Source: Squalus acanthias (Eukaryota). From it: DNA of 64,000 bases. Positions 48,113 to 60,859 of this stretch are shown in pieces; position 1 is the stretch's first letter, and every line of letters starts with the position of its first letter. The stretch covers positions 176,764,001 to 176,828,000 of the forward strand of contig CM059425.1 in assembly GCA_030390025.1 (NCBI GenBank), in the 5' to 3' direction. The position numbers and the translations under genes are program-made. Below the pieces are notes generated by a model. It worked only from the letters and a program-made list of their open reading frames with translations, was not told the origin of the DNA and searched no databases.

Positions 48113-48533
48113 GCCGTGGCTCAGTGGGTCGCACTCTTGCCTCCTGAGTCAGAAGGTTGTGGGTTCAAGTCCCACTCCAGAGACTTGAGCACAAAAATCT
48201 AGGCTGACACTCCAGTGCAGTCTTTCAGATGGGATGTTAAACGACGCCCCATCTACTCTCTCAGGTGGATGCAAAATATCCCATGGCACTATTTCGAAGA
48301 TGACCAGGGGAGTTATCCCTGGTGTCCTGGCCAATATTTATCCCTAAATCAACATAAAAAAACAGATTATCTGGTCATTATCACATTGCTGTTTGTAGGA
48401 GCTTGCTGTGTGCAATTAGCTGCTGCATTTCTTACAACAGTGACTACCACTTCAAAAGTACTTAATTGGCTGTAAAACGCTTTGGGACATCCTGAGGTTG
48501 TGAAAGGTGCTATATAAATGCAAGTCTTTCTTT
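48113..48533 (+). mobile_element. Deu-domain tRNA-derived SINE (SacSINE1-like), near full length
   Basis: Has an A-box (TGGCTCAGTGG) and a B-box (GGTTCAAGTCCC). The Deu core reads GGTCATTATCACATTGCTGTTTG and the tail is GCTATATAAATGCAAGTCTTTCTTT. Confidence 0.85.
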
Positions 48534-48534
48534 A

Positions 48535-49515
48535 AATGATCTGAAGCTGGGAGTCACAAGCACAGTGGCTGAATTTGCAAATGATACAAAGCTAATGAAG
48601 ATAGTAGACTGCAAACATGAACAGGATAATCTACAGCAGAATTTGAATATACTTGGGAATTGGGCAGACAGGTGTCGGATAAAATTCAATAATGAAAAAA
48701 GATATGGGGGTCCTGATTGAGAATAAATTGAGATGTTGGAATGTATTAAAAACCCAATATTGAGCTGAAATAGTGAGGTAATGCTGCCACTTTATAAATA
48801 TTGGTGTTACCACATTTAGGATACTGTGTACAGTTCTGGTCACCGCAGTATATAAAGGATAATGTAACTATTGAAAGGATACAGAAGAGAGCAACAAGAA
48901 TGATTGAGGGAGTGGAGGGATTTGATTATGAGCAGCGATTATGTAAATTGGGCATGTTCTCACTGGAAAAAAAGCAAGTTGAGAGGTGATATGATTGCTG
49001 TTTTTAGGTTTCCAAATGGACTAGATAATGTAGACCATGACAAGCTATTTCACCTTATCCAGAACAGTAGAGCCAGAGGGCACAGCCTGTACTGAAGGGA
49101 GTTAAATTCAAAACTATGCTCCAGAAACATTATTATTTCAGTGAGCGAGTGGACAATCTATAGAACAGGCTCCAGAGGGAGACACTGGAAGCAGAGGGTA
49201 GCGATTCATTCAAATGCAAATTGATAAATTTATTTCAGAAAATAATATTTTGGGATACAGTATATGAGTAATTTGAGTCATAACATGTGGTAAGTGTAGC
49301 ATGCTTGGAAGGAATAGGTGACTTTTGACCTATGGTTTCCAAACCTCCATCAATGGGGGTTTTCCTCACTTCATGTCTGGGTCTGTTATAGACTATTGGT
49401 CGAGATTGATTGCCATGATTAGTCAACAACTCCATTATTGTTATTCCATGTGTCTACCAGGATGGTAGAAGGCGAACGAGATGGACCGTTGTCTTCATCT
49501 AGCAATTCCTATCCT
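48535..49515 (+). mobile_element. Old CR1 LINE 3' region
   Basis: Encodes [32 protein letters not shown] and LRGDMIAVF. Confidence 0.8.
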
Positions 49516-50989
49516 TCTTTATTACAAGAAGTTTGTAAAAAAAACTAGTATTTGCAATCAGAAATATAGTGCGAGGGCATGTTTGAGAAGGGTGATGCTA
49601 CGTCAAGAAGGTGGTTGTAAACGTTAACTCTGGTGGTTCTGGATTTCACAGAGATAGTATTTTTCAGTTTCTGAAAGCATCTCTTGTGATTTCTTTCCAC
49701 GCAGCCTCTCGGTAGAGGGAAGGAAGAATCAGGTCTCCCTAAAAAAGTAATTATGGCCAAAATGTAATTTCAAATCTTTCATCATTTTTTCATAATAACC
49801 TGGAGCCACTTAAGTTACTAGTCGTGTAGTTAATAGAGATAAGATTGTACAGTACATCCCTGGCTTATAAATCTAGGTCTCACTGATCCAATTTCCATTA
49901 CTGAAGGAAACAAATCTGTACAATGCAATTTAACCTTGAAAATAGAGACCTTGATTTCCATTCTCTCATGCTTGTTATTCAAGCAATTGTTTTAAGTATA
50001 ATACACGAACCTTCCCAAAAACCTTGAGCCCCTCTCACAAAGTTGAATTATTTGATCTGGAAATGTGTACTCTATTGTCAATATGACCAACCAACTACAA
50101 ATATCTTTGTGCATGTTGTTTGCTTGATCACATAATTAAGGTGAAACTAATCCTTGATAAAAAAGCACCTGTTGTTTTCATGTGAATAATGCAATAGTAA
50201 TGCAATTCTATTTGCATGCATTTAATATTCTTGTATAAATCACTGATCATTTCTATTTATGCTGCCCTAAATTATCTCATAAATGTTGACTTGCTCATTC
50301 TGTACTGTGCATGTGTTTTACTCTCTGATCGAGAGCTTGATTATTGCCAGGTTTGTAGTTGACTAAACATTGGTCTACATTGCCCTCTACTGCTCTTTGT
50401 TAACACAGTCCTGTCAGTCCTCAAGCAATCCTACATGTTTCAGTGTTTAATATTTCAACTACAGGTAACTTTATCTTTGTTTTAATTCATTCTGTAATTG
50501 ATTCATACAATGTAAATATCCTAATTATTCTTTATTAAATTTGATAAAATTTATAACTTTTTTAATTGTCCTTACTATTTTTGATGTTCTGATCATAAAA
50601 TTTAGGCAGATTCATTTCACCTGGAAATCTGAAATTATCTATTCTAACAAACGTTCATCTGTGTTCAAGATACAAGTAGTTTTGTATAATTATAAAAAAA
50701 CCCATACTGGTAATTATTAGATGATTGATTGATTTTAGTGATGTGTCTGTAATTGGATGGCTCTTGTATTGAGTTAGTATCATGATCTGGATGTCTGACC
50801 TGGTATTCCAATGCAATCAAATACCAGCAACGTCCAGTAATTATTGGATGATTTAGTCAAGCTGACTTTTTTTCCCTCTCAACGCCTGTTCCCACTCTTC
50901 CCAGTGCCTGAAGACACGAGGCTTAGAGGAGAGAGAGTTTCTAGCGTGACTTCACAGTTGGATTGCTGAAAAAAGTTCACCGCAACTCT

Positions 50990-53900
50990 CCTCTTAATCC
51001 TTCTTTAAATCTATGCCCCTAGTTATTGACCTCCCTGCTAAGGGAAATAGTTCCTTCCTATCCACTCTATATAGCCCCCTCATAATTTTATACACCTCAA
51101 TTAAGTCTCCCCTCAGCCTCCTCTGTTCCAAAGAAAACAACCCCAGCCTATCCAATCTTTGGGCATAGAAAAGGGCACAAATGATGGTGAAAGGTAAAGA
51201 CCGCTTGTAAATGACCTCCTTCCTCGTTAGGCCAGAAACGGTCAAGAAAGTTCTCCTGAACACACTTCAGAAATTCTTCCCCCTCTCTGCCCTTTACACT
51301 ATTATGATCCCAGTCTTTATTAGGATAATTGAAGTCCCCCATTATCACTACTCTATAGTTCTTGCACCTCTCTGTAATTTCTCTGCAAATTTGCTCCTCT
51401 ATATCCTTCCCACTAGTTGGCGGCCTATAGAATACACCCAGTGTAAGCATGGGCCTTACACTAAACATCCGTAAGACAAAGGTCCTCTACCAACCTGCCC
51501 CCGCCACACAGTACTGCCCCCCGATTATCAAAATCCATGACAAGGCCTTGGACAACATGGACCACTTTCCATACCTCGGGAGCCTACTGTCAACAAAGGC
51601 AGACGTTGATGACTAAGTTCAACACCGCCTTCAGTGTGCCAGTGCAGTCTTCGGTCGCCTGAGGAAGAGAGTGTTTGAAGACCAGGACCTCAAACCCGGC
51701 ACTAAGCTCATGGTCTACAGAGCAGCAGTGATACCTGCCCTGCTGTATGCCTCAGAGACATGGACCATGTACAGCAGGCACCTCAAAGCACTGGAGAAGT
51801 ACCACCAACGTTGCCTCCGCAAGATCCTGCAAATCCATTGGCAGGATAGGCGCACCAATGTCAGTGTTCTCGCTCAGGCCAACATCCTCAGCATCGAAGC
51901 TTTGACCACGCTCGATCAGCTCCGATGGACGGGTCACATCATCCGCATGCCCGATACGAGACTCCAAAAACAAGCGCTCTACTCAGAGCTCCGACACGGC
52001 AAGAGAGCCCCATGTGGGCAGAGGAAACGCTTCATGGACACCCTTAAAGCCTCCTTGAAAAAGTGCAACATCCCCACCGACACCTGGGAAACCCTGGCCC
52101 AAGACTGCACAAAGTGGAAGAGAAGCATCCGGGAAGGCGCCGAGCACCTCAAGTCTCTTCACCGGGAGCAAGCGGAAGCCAAGCGCAAGCAGCGGAAGGA
52201 GCGTACGTCAACCCAAGCACCCCACCCACCCGCCCCTTCAACCACTGTCTGCCCCACCTGTGACATAGACTGTAGGTCCTGCATTGGGCTCATCAGTCAC
52301 CTGCAAACTCATTTTTAATGTGGAAGCAAGCCATCCTCGGTTCCGAGGGACTGCCTAAGAAGAAGAAGACACCCAGTAGTGTAATGGCACCTCTATTATT
52401 TCTTAACTCTAACCAAATAGATTCTGTCCTTGACCCCTCCAGGACATCCTCTCTCTACAGCACTGTAACATTCTCCTTAACCAATACTGCCACCCCACCT
52501 CCTTTCTTTCCTTCACACCTTATATCCAGGAATATTTAAAACCCAATCCTGCCCTTTTTTGAGCCAGGCCTCCGTTATCGCCACAACATTATATTCCCAG
52601 GTGGCTATTTGCGCCTGCAGCTCACCAACCTTATTTACCACACTTTGTGTGTGTGCACTGTAAACATATCTTAGACTTTCTTGTATTCTCTCTTAATCTG
52701 ACCCCACTTAATACCTCACCATTTCTTACTCTAGTGCTATCTGTCTCTCCCAATCCTTTGTGCACTTTGTTTCTCCATTTTAATGTGACATCCTGGTGCC
52801 CATCCCCCTGCCAAATTAGTTTAAACCCTCCCCAACAGCACTAGCAAACCCACCCGTGAGGATATTGGTTCCAGCTCTGTTGAGGTGCAACCCGTCTGAC
52901 CTATACAGGTTCCACCTCCTCCAGAACCAGTTCCAATGTCCCAGGAATCTGAAGCCCTCCCTCCTGCACCATCTCTCCAGCCACGCATTCATCAGCTCCA
53001 TCCTCCTATTTCTATACTGACTAGCTCGTGGCAGCGGGAGTAATGCAGAGATTACTACCTTTGAGGTCCTGCTTTTTAATCTCTTTCCTAGCTCCCTAAA
53101 ATCTGCCTGCAGAACCTCATCTCTCTTTCTACCTATGTCATTGGTACCGATATGGACCATGACCTCTGGCTGTTGACCCTCCCTCATCAGAATGTTCTGC
53201 AGCTGCTCAGTGACATCCTTGACCCTGGCACCAGGGAGGCAATATACCATCCTGGAATCACGTCTGCGGCCGCAGAAACGCCTGTCTGTTCCCCTAACTA
53301 TCGAATCCCCTACCACTATTGCTTTCTCGATCTTTCTCCTGCCCTCCTGTATAGCTGAGCCACCCGTGGTGCCGTGGACTTGGCTCTGGCTGTACTTCCC
53401 AGAGGAACCATCGCCCTCAGCAGTATTGAATCCTAGTTGGAGAGCAAGATGCATTCAGGGGACTCCTGCACTATCTGCCTGGATCTCCGTGTCTGTCTGG
53501 CGGTCACCCATTTCCTCTCTGCCTGCGGACCCTTATGCTGCGGGGTGACCACCTCCTGAAATGTGCTATCCACATAGCTCTCAGCCTCATGGATGCAACG
53601 CATGGATGCCAGCTGCTGCTCAAGTTCCAAAACCTGGAGCTTGAGCTCCTCCAGCTGACGACACTTCCTGCACACATGGTTGTCCAGGACACTGGAAGCG
53701 GCATCTTGGAGTTCTCATATGGCACAAGGTGTGCATTCTACAGGACTGAGGTGCCCTCCCATGCCTCTACTTAATAGATTATTAACTAACTGAACAGAAA
53801 TAAACTCAAGACATAAAAAAGAACAATCACCAGCTACTCACAATTTGTTTTTCTCTTCAGCTCCTTCCCTTGTGCTGACGTCACTTGCCTCGCTCCCTGA

Positions 53901-54080
53901 CGCTCGCACTTCCTCCGGGCTCTCGGGCCTACCTTTATCTCCAGCCGCTTCTCTCACTCTTTCCTCCTTCCCCCTCTGCTCCGAATTACCACTTTCTCCA
54001 AATTCTCAATTTAGCACTCTGTCTCGAAGCACCCCGTTTAGGATCACGCTGTGCAGCCCAGTCTCTTCAGCAGTAACGTC
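50990..54080 (-). mobile_element. CR1 LINE with esterase-type ORF1, internally deleted, containing an RTE
   Basis: ORF1 has a CRKC zinc-finger/coiled coil and SGNH motifs (VVGDSIVR, HIGTND, DGLHLN; 52816-53675). The endonuclease (GVFYRPP..VVIMGDFNYP) is joined to a 3' ORF2 piece. Confidence 0.85.
51443..52368 (+). mobile_element. 5'-truncated RTE-clade LINE
   Basis: Encodes FPYLGS, TKLMVYRAAVIPALLYASETW, QLRWTGHIIRM and a C-terminal CPTC..H..H. It has an (AAG)n tail and a 9-bp TSD ACACCCAGT (51434-51442 and 52369-52377). Confidence 0.92.
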
Positions 54081-54639
54081 GTAGTTATGCCATTATTGCA
54101 CCAAAAAGATCGAGGAAATTTGCGTTTTTGCACATTACACCACTTCTGCATCGTTATTGCACTAAATGCATTTTTCCTCAATCTTTTTAACAGTGTAAAT
54201 CTTATGCCTGTCAAAGCCCCTCAGGGCTCTTTTGCACAGCTGCACTGTCCAAGTACGTGGAAGTTTATTATGCCATTCCTGTAATTGGTGTAAGTTTACA
54301 TTCCAAATAAACTGGACCAAAAGCTCCACTATCACTTCAGACAAGTGTTGGTGAGGAGTTGGTGAGATGAAGAAGCGACTAACTTGACTCACTGATTACA
54401 TACAAGCTGCCAAGCAATTATTTTTTTAAACCCCTTCCTTCACATTTTTTTTTAAATCGCCGACGCCTGCACTTCATTTTAATGTAGTACTTCCCAGAAC
54501 AATATTTTGGGACTCCCAACCTCCCCAGCCCCAAACTCGCACTCACATTGACTTTATGGAGGAGATGACTTTCCCAATGGGCAACCCACTCTATGGTGGA
54601 GGAGAAGCTGCACCAGCAGTGTGCCCAGGCCAGGAGAAT

Positions 54640-55010
54640 CAGGCAGCATGGCTGAGGATAGAAGTCCACCAGGGGTGACCCTCATTAACATGCATACAGG
54701 CTGCACAACCCTTATGAGGACCTGACAGAGGAGGTATGCATCCGACAGCTGTGCCTCTCCAAGGATGCCATTGGGCATCTCTGCCAACTTCATCACAAAG
54801 ATTTGCAGACTCACTCAACTGAGACTACTGCTCTGTTCATGGTAGTTAAAGTGACAGAGACCCTAAACTTTTATGGTTCTGGATCCTTCCAGGTTGCCAT
54901 AGGGCATCTGCGTAACATCAGGGGGCAGGGTACCATGGTGGCACGCTTGTCGCATTGAAGATGCCAACCAAGCTGTCACCACTGTATGTAAATTTGAAGG
55001 GGTTCTATTC
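54640..55010 (+). pseudogene. Degraded Harbinger transposase fragment
   Basis: Encodes EEVCIRQLCLSKDA and VKVTETLNFYGSGSFQ. Confidence 0.65.
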
Positions 55011-55648
55011 ATAAGAACATAAGAAATAAGAGCAGGAGTCGGCCATACGGCCCCTCGAGCCTGCTCTGCTAGTCAATAAGATCATGGCTGATCATCGACC
55101 TCAACTCCACTTTCCCGCCCGATCTCCATATCCCTTGATTCCGCTAGAGGCCAAAAATCTATCTATCTCAGCCTTGAATATACTCAAAGACTCGGCATTC
55201 ACAGCCTGCTGGAGCAGAGAATTCCAAAGATTCACAACCCTCTGAGTGAAGAAATTCCTCCTCATCTCAGTCTTAAATGGCCTAGCCCTTATCCTGAGAC
55301 TATGCCCCCTAGTTCTAGACACTCCAGCCAGGGGAAACAACCTCTCAGCATCTACCCTGTCAATCCCCTTCAGAATCTTGTATGTTTCAATGAGATCACC
55401 TCTCATTCTTCTAAACTCCAGAGAGTATAGGCCCAATATACTCAATCTCTCACCATAGAACAGCTCTCTCATCCCAGGAATCAATCTAGTGAATCTTCGT
55501 TGCACCGCCTCCAAGACAAGTACATCCTTCCTTAGATAAGGAGACCAGAACTGTGCACAGTACTCCAGGTGTGGTCTCACCAAGGCCCTGTGCAATTGTA
55601 GCAAGACTTCCTTACTCTTATACTCCAACCCCCTTGCAATAAAGGTCA
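55011..55648 (-). mobile_element. CR1 LINE 3' fragment
   Basis: A 182-aa open CR1 ORF2 C-terminus with a TTCTTATG tail. Confidence 0.92.
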
Positions 55649-57067
55649 TAGGGTGTCCAACTGATCAAACCAGGCTATGTTCTCACTCGCTACTGCAAGG
55701 GGTAACATATGGCAGATTCTGCAAGAGGTCTTTATTGACTGATTGACTGGAGTGGCATCACCTCAGCCTTACCTTCTTCAACCCACCCTAACAGATGACA
55801 TCACAGCAGACCTCTTTGGCCCAACCTCTTTGTCATGAAGCATCACACCAAATGAGCGGTCACCCTCCTGAAAGACTATCACAAAGAACAAGTAAGAAAG
55901 AACAGGATAACTGCACAATATATTCAGTCTTGGCTGAACTGCAATTTTTACCTGTTGAACATTGGGAAGACCACTGTGATTACACCACCGTGAAGCCCCT
56001 TGGGACATTTTGCTACATTAAAACAATTATATTTGTTGTCGTCGTCGTTCTGCAACATCTTTCCTGTCATTCACACCAGAGTAACGCTCAGTATATTCCT
56101 GGCGTTCATGGTTACAGTAGGAGAAGAGGATAGATTTAAAATTTAAAGAGCCACCTTGCCAAGTGCAGTCAATCAAAGTGCACTCGATTGCATTGGTCAG
56201 AGTGCCATTTTCCTCCCAATGGAGGCAGGGAACCTGCTGAAAGCCCACTGAAAATTTCAAATTAGTCTGACCCTGGAAAATTGGCTGGGGTCACGAGTGC
56301 AACCATGGTGCAGTTGCAAAGTCCACCATGCTGAAATTACGCTAGGATTTGACGAGAGCAGGAAAATCCCATCATTAACTCCCCAGTACAAGTTTCCAAG
56401 TGCAGGCAAAAGTTAATAGCTGTTCCATTAATGCTGATTCACAAAATTACAATCCTTACCGTACAATTAGTGCATGCACTGTTTGTAATGCACAGAGAAA
56501 ATTAAACCCTCTGGTTATTACTTACCCACCATTTACTTCTCACACAAGCATAGCTAAAAGGTTAATCATGTATAAACTTCTCAGCCTCCACACCACATGA
56601 AGATTTCTAACTATCAGGATCATTCAGACACTCTCTGAGTGCCCCCAACCTTGCCAAGCTCCAGTGTGCTAAAAAAGCTCCTCAGCGAACTCAATCTGTT
56701 CTCCTCACAGCCCATCAGTGTCAATCACTGAACAGTTTAGAAAGCAAACAGCCGTGCCAATTAACCAAGGGGTCAAAAGCCTGTGTTTAATTTAGCAAAG
56801 GTGCTGACGATGTTTTAAAATCAGTCAGTATTGAAGTTAAATCTGTAACAAACCAATAAAGGGATTGAATGGTTGAGACAATGATATAGAAACCTTACTG
56901 AAGAGGTGAGCTCCCAACCTTGACTGAGCATTATATTAATGTCCAATTAATCAGCCAGTTCAGAGCTTCATGTTGAATTGTCAGTCCAAGCAGAACTTAA
57001 CCTGTATGTAAGGTTAAAATAAATGGCTCCGTGACAACTGGCAGCGCCTACTTAAGCTACAAGCAAT

Positions 57068-57831
57068 GGGCCAAAAATTTGGCCCTTGCCGGGTGAGTAC
57101 GCACTGTGTACTCACCCGTAAGGCCTCCTGAAGTGCCAGTTTCCTGCATGCACTGTGCATGCGCGGGAAACCGGAACTTCCGGTCTGGTGAAGGGAGCGG
57201 TTCCTAGGTGAACCGCGTGCGCGGGAGAGGCTGCGCGCACGCAGCAAACTTAGGGTTTTTTTCAGGTTTCTACGGGAGGGTAAGTACTGAAGAACCTACG
57301 CTTTTAAAAAGGAGGCGCAGGACCCGTTTTCAACAAGGTAAGTGGTTAATTAATTATAATTTAAAAAAAAATTTCAACAGGTTTATCTTTTTTAGATACT
57401 TTAAAGAAAGGTAAGTTTATTTTTAGCACTGTTAAAAAGTATTTTAATTTTTTCAAAAATTTTAATTTTTGTTTACGGTAGTTAATTTATTTAACATATA
57501 GTTATTTTATAAATGTGATGGTTTTTTTTAAATTCATTTAAAGTTTAGCTGTTCTTTTGGGGCCGATTTCAATTCATAGATTTGACAGGTTCCTGTCAAA
57601 TCTATGAATGATAGATGGTCTGCTGCCATTGGCTCTCCATGGCCCACGTGATCCCAGGGGACGCCTCGCACTAACTGCGCCCCTGGAACACGCAAGCACT
57701 GCGCGCCGGCACTTGGAGCAGGCCCAGGAGCTGAAGTTCCCGTGGGCCCAGAGGTCAACGGCAGGCGCGGTAGGTAAGTGCGCGCGCGATCCTTACCCCC
57801 GCGGCAAGCCAGAGAGGCAAATTTCAGGGCC
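57068..57831. mobile_element. Harbinger-type MITE related to 18724-19407
   Basis: Ends are GGGCCAAAAATTTG and CAAATTTCAGGGCC, with AAT on both sides. It shares the AT-rich core and the CCCACGTGA.CCCAGGG motif. Confidence 0.7.
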
Positions 57832-58329
57832 AATATGTTTTTGTAGCAAATTTTGAAGAATCCCTTGCAGCACAATAGTTAGTGTGCAGTTGAATCTTAT
57901 TTGGAAAAATGCTTTGATATAGTTTACCTGTTAGAAAGGAAATTGATTTCTTTCAAAGGATTTGTGACTATATTTTCTGTTGGTGGTAACATTAACAATC
58001 ATGAAGTACTGTAGTATGTTAATAGTGGCAGAAATCCGACTAAAATTCAATGTGTGCTGCTGGTATTAACACTAAGCAGTTTTCTGGTGTTTCTGAATAC
58101 TGGGTTAAATCTTGAGTCCAGCTGCAAACCAAGGAGTAATGGGCTCCACATCTGCCGATTTGGTTGGAGGCGGGACACATTGAGACTTCTGTGGCCCACC
58201 TCATTAGCATTAAGCAAGTGATCTTCGGTGTAGGTAACACCCGTATTGGAAGCTCATAAGCTTTGTGGCCAGAGATCTGGCATGTTGCAGACTTTAAAAA
58301 TATGCAGCTGAATCTTAAAGAGGGAAAGG

Positions 58330-60578
58330 GTAACGAGACAGGATTAATTAAAAATGTCCTAGTAAAGGATCCCCTTGGAATGAGTGACCATAACATGGTT
58401 GAATTCCATATTCAATTAGAGGGTGAGAAGGTTGGATCTCAAACAAGCGTGCAAAGCTTGAATAAAGGAGACTATGAAGGTATGCGAGCGGAATTGAGTA
58501 GAGTGGATTGGGAAAATAGATTAAAGGGTAAGACGACACATGATCAGTGGTGTACATTCAAGGAGTTATTTTACAACTTCCAAAAAAAATATATTCCACT
58601 GAAAAGAAAAGGGTGTAAAAGAAAGGACAGTCATCCGTGGCTAAGTAAAGAAATTAAGGATAGTATTCGACTAAAAACAAGGGCATATAAGGTAGCGAAA
58701 TCTAGTGGGAGGACAGAGGATTGGGAAAACTTTAAAAGGCAGCAAAAAATAACAAAAAGATTGATTAAGAAAGGGAAGATAGATTATGAAAGTAAATTAG
58801 CAAAAAATATAAAAACAGATAGTAAGAGTTTTTATAGTTATATAAAAAGAAAAAGGGTGGCTAAAGTAAATGTTGGTCCCTTAGAGGATGAGACCGGGAA
58901 ATTAATGGTGGGAAATATGGAGATGGCAAAAACACTGAATGAATATTTTGTATCAGTCTTTACAGTAGAGGACACTAAGAATATCCCAACACTGGACAAA
59001 CAGGGGGCTATAGGGGGAGAGGAGCTAAACACGATCAAAATCACTAAGGAAGTGGTACTCGGTAAAATAATGGGACTCAAGGCGGATAAATCACCTGGAC
59101 CTGATGGCTTACATCCTAGAGTCTTGAAGGAAGTGGCGGTAGGGATTGTAGATGCATTGGTAATAATTTTTCAAAACTCCCTGGATTCCGCTGAGGTCCC
59201 GGCAGACTGGAAAACTGCTAATGTAACACCCTTATTTAAAAAGGGCAGTAGACAGAAGGCTGGTAACTATAGACCGGTTAGCCTAACATCTGTGGTAGGT
59301 AAAATTTTGGAGTCCATTATTAAGGAAACAGTAACAGGACATTTGGATAATCATAATTTAATAGGACAAAGTCAGCATGGTTTTACGAAGGGGAAGTCAT
59401 GTTTGACAAATTTGCTGGAGTTCTTTGAGGAAGTAACATATAGAGTGGATAAAGGGGAACCAGTGGACGTAGTGTATTTAGACTTCCAAAAGGCATTTGA
59501 CAAGGTGCCACACAAAAGATTATTGCTTAAGGTAAAAAATCACGGGATTGGGGGTAATATTCTGGCATGGATAGAGGATTGGCTATCCAACAGAAAGCAA
59601 AGAGTTGGGATAAATGGTTCATTCTCAGACTGGCAATCAGTAACTAGTGGTGTTCCACAGGGGTCAGTGCTGGGTCCCCAACTCTTTACAATCTATATTA
59701 ACGATTTGGAGGAAGGGACCAAGTGTAACATATCAAAATTTGCAGATGATACAAAGATGGGAGGGAAAGTAGTGAGTGAGGAGGACATAAAAAACCTGCA
59801 AGGGGACATAGACAGGCTAAGTAAGTGGGCAGAGATTTGGCAGATGGAATACAACACTGGAAAGTGTGAGGTGATGCACTTTGGCAGGAAAAATCCTAGA
59901 GCAATTTATTATCTTAATGGCAAGAAACTGGAGAGTACTGAAGTGCAAAGGGATCTGGGGGTCCTGGTGCACGAAACTCAAAAGGTTAGTATGCAGGTGC
60001 AGCAAGTGATTAAGAAGGCAAATGGAATGTTGGCTTTCATTGCTAGGGGGATAGAATATAAAAATAGGGAGGTATTGCTTCAGTTGTACAAGGTATTGGT
60101 GAGACCGCACCTGGAATACTGCATACAGTTTTGGTGTCCTTACTTAAGGAAAGACATCCTTGCTCTCGAGGCAGTGCAAAAAAGGTTCACTCGGTTAATC
60201 CCGGGGATGAGGGGGTGGTCATATGAGGAGAGGTTGGGTAGATTGGGACTCTACTCATTGGAGTTCAGAAGAATGAGAGGCGATCTTATTGAAACATATA
60301 AGATTGTGAAGGGGTTGGATCGGGTGGATGCGGGGAGGATGTTCCCGATGACGGGTGAGACTAGAACTAGGGGACATAGTCTTAGAATAAGGGGCTGCTC
60401 TTTCAAAACTGAGATGAGGAGGAACTACTTCACTCAGAGGGTGGTAGGTCCATGGAATATGCTGCCACAAAAAGCTGTAGAAGCTACAACATTAATTAAA
60501 TTTAAAACAGAAATAGACAGTTTCCTAGAAGTAAAGGGCATTAAGGGTTACGGGGAGCGGGCAGGAATTTGGACATGA
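58330..60578 (+). CDS. CR1 ORF2 reverse transcriptase (5'-truncated, frame open)
   Basis: Motifs KSPGPDG, GNYRPVSLTS, YLDFQKAFDKVPH, GVPQGSVLGP and KFADDTK occur in about 750 codons without a stop. The first ~20 residues of the listed ORF are probably flanking DNA. Confidence 0.85.
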
Positions 60579-60817
60579 GTCTAGGTTCGGATCGGTCATG
60601 GCCCTGTGGGTAGTGGAGCGGGCCCAGGGACCGTGTAGCCTGATTCTGCTCCTATTTCGTGTGTGCAATTCTGTTAGATGCAGGAGATGGTTCTGTGATA
60701 GATAGTAGATTGGCGGTTAGGATCAGATCAGCCATGATCTTATTGAATGGCGGAGCAGGCTCGAGGGGCCGATTGGCCTACTCCTGCTCCTATTTCTTAT
60801 GTTCTTATGTTCTTATA
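58330..60817 (+). mobile_element. Young 5'-truncated CR1 LINE
   Basis: ORF2 is uninterrupted from the end of the endonuclease (LGMSDHN) through RT to its stop at 60578. A 3' UTR and (TTCTTATG)n tail follow. Confidence 0.95.
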
Positions 60818-60859
60818 AAGGCATAATTTGTATTGAAATATAACAGATAATAGAACTGG

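Noticed and set aside
48113..48185. tRNA gene
   Set aside because: The A and B boxes run directly into a Deu-SINE body, so this is a SINE head.
49545..50470. Exon-like segments at about 49545-49740 (-) and 50409-50464 (+)
   Set aside because: They are splice-like signals only, on opposite strands, and encode no identifiable peptide.
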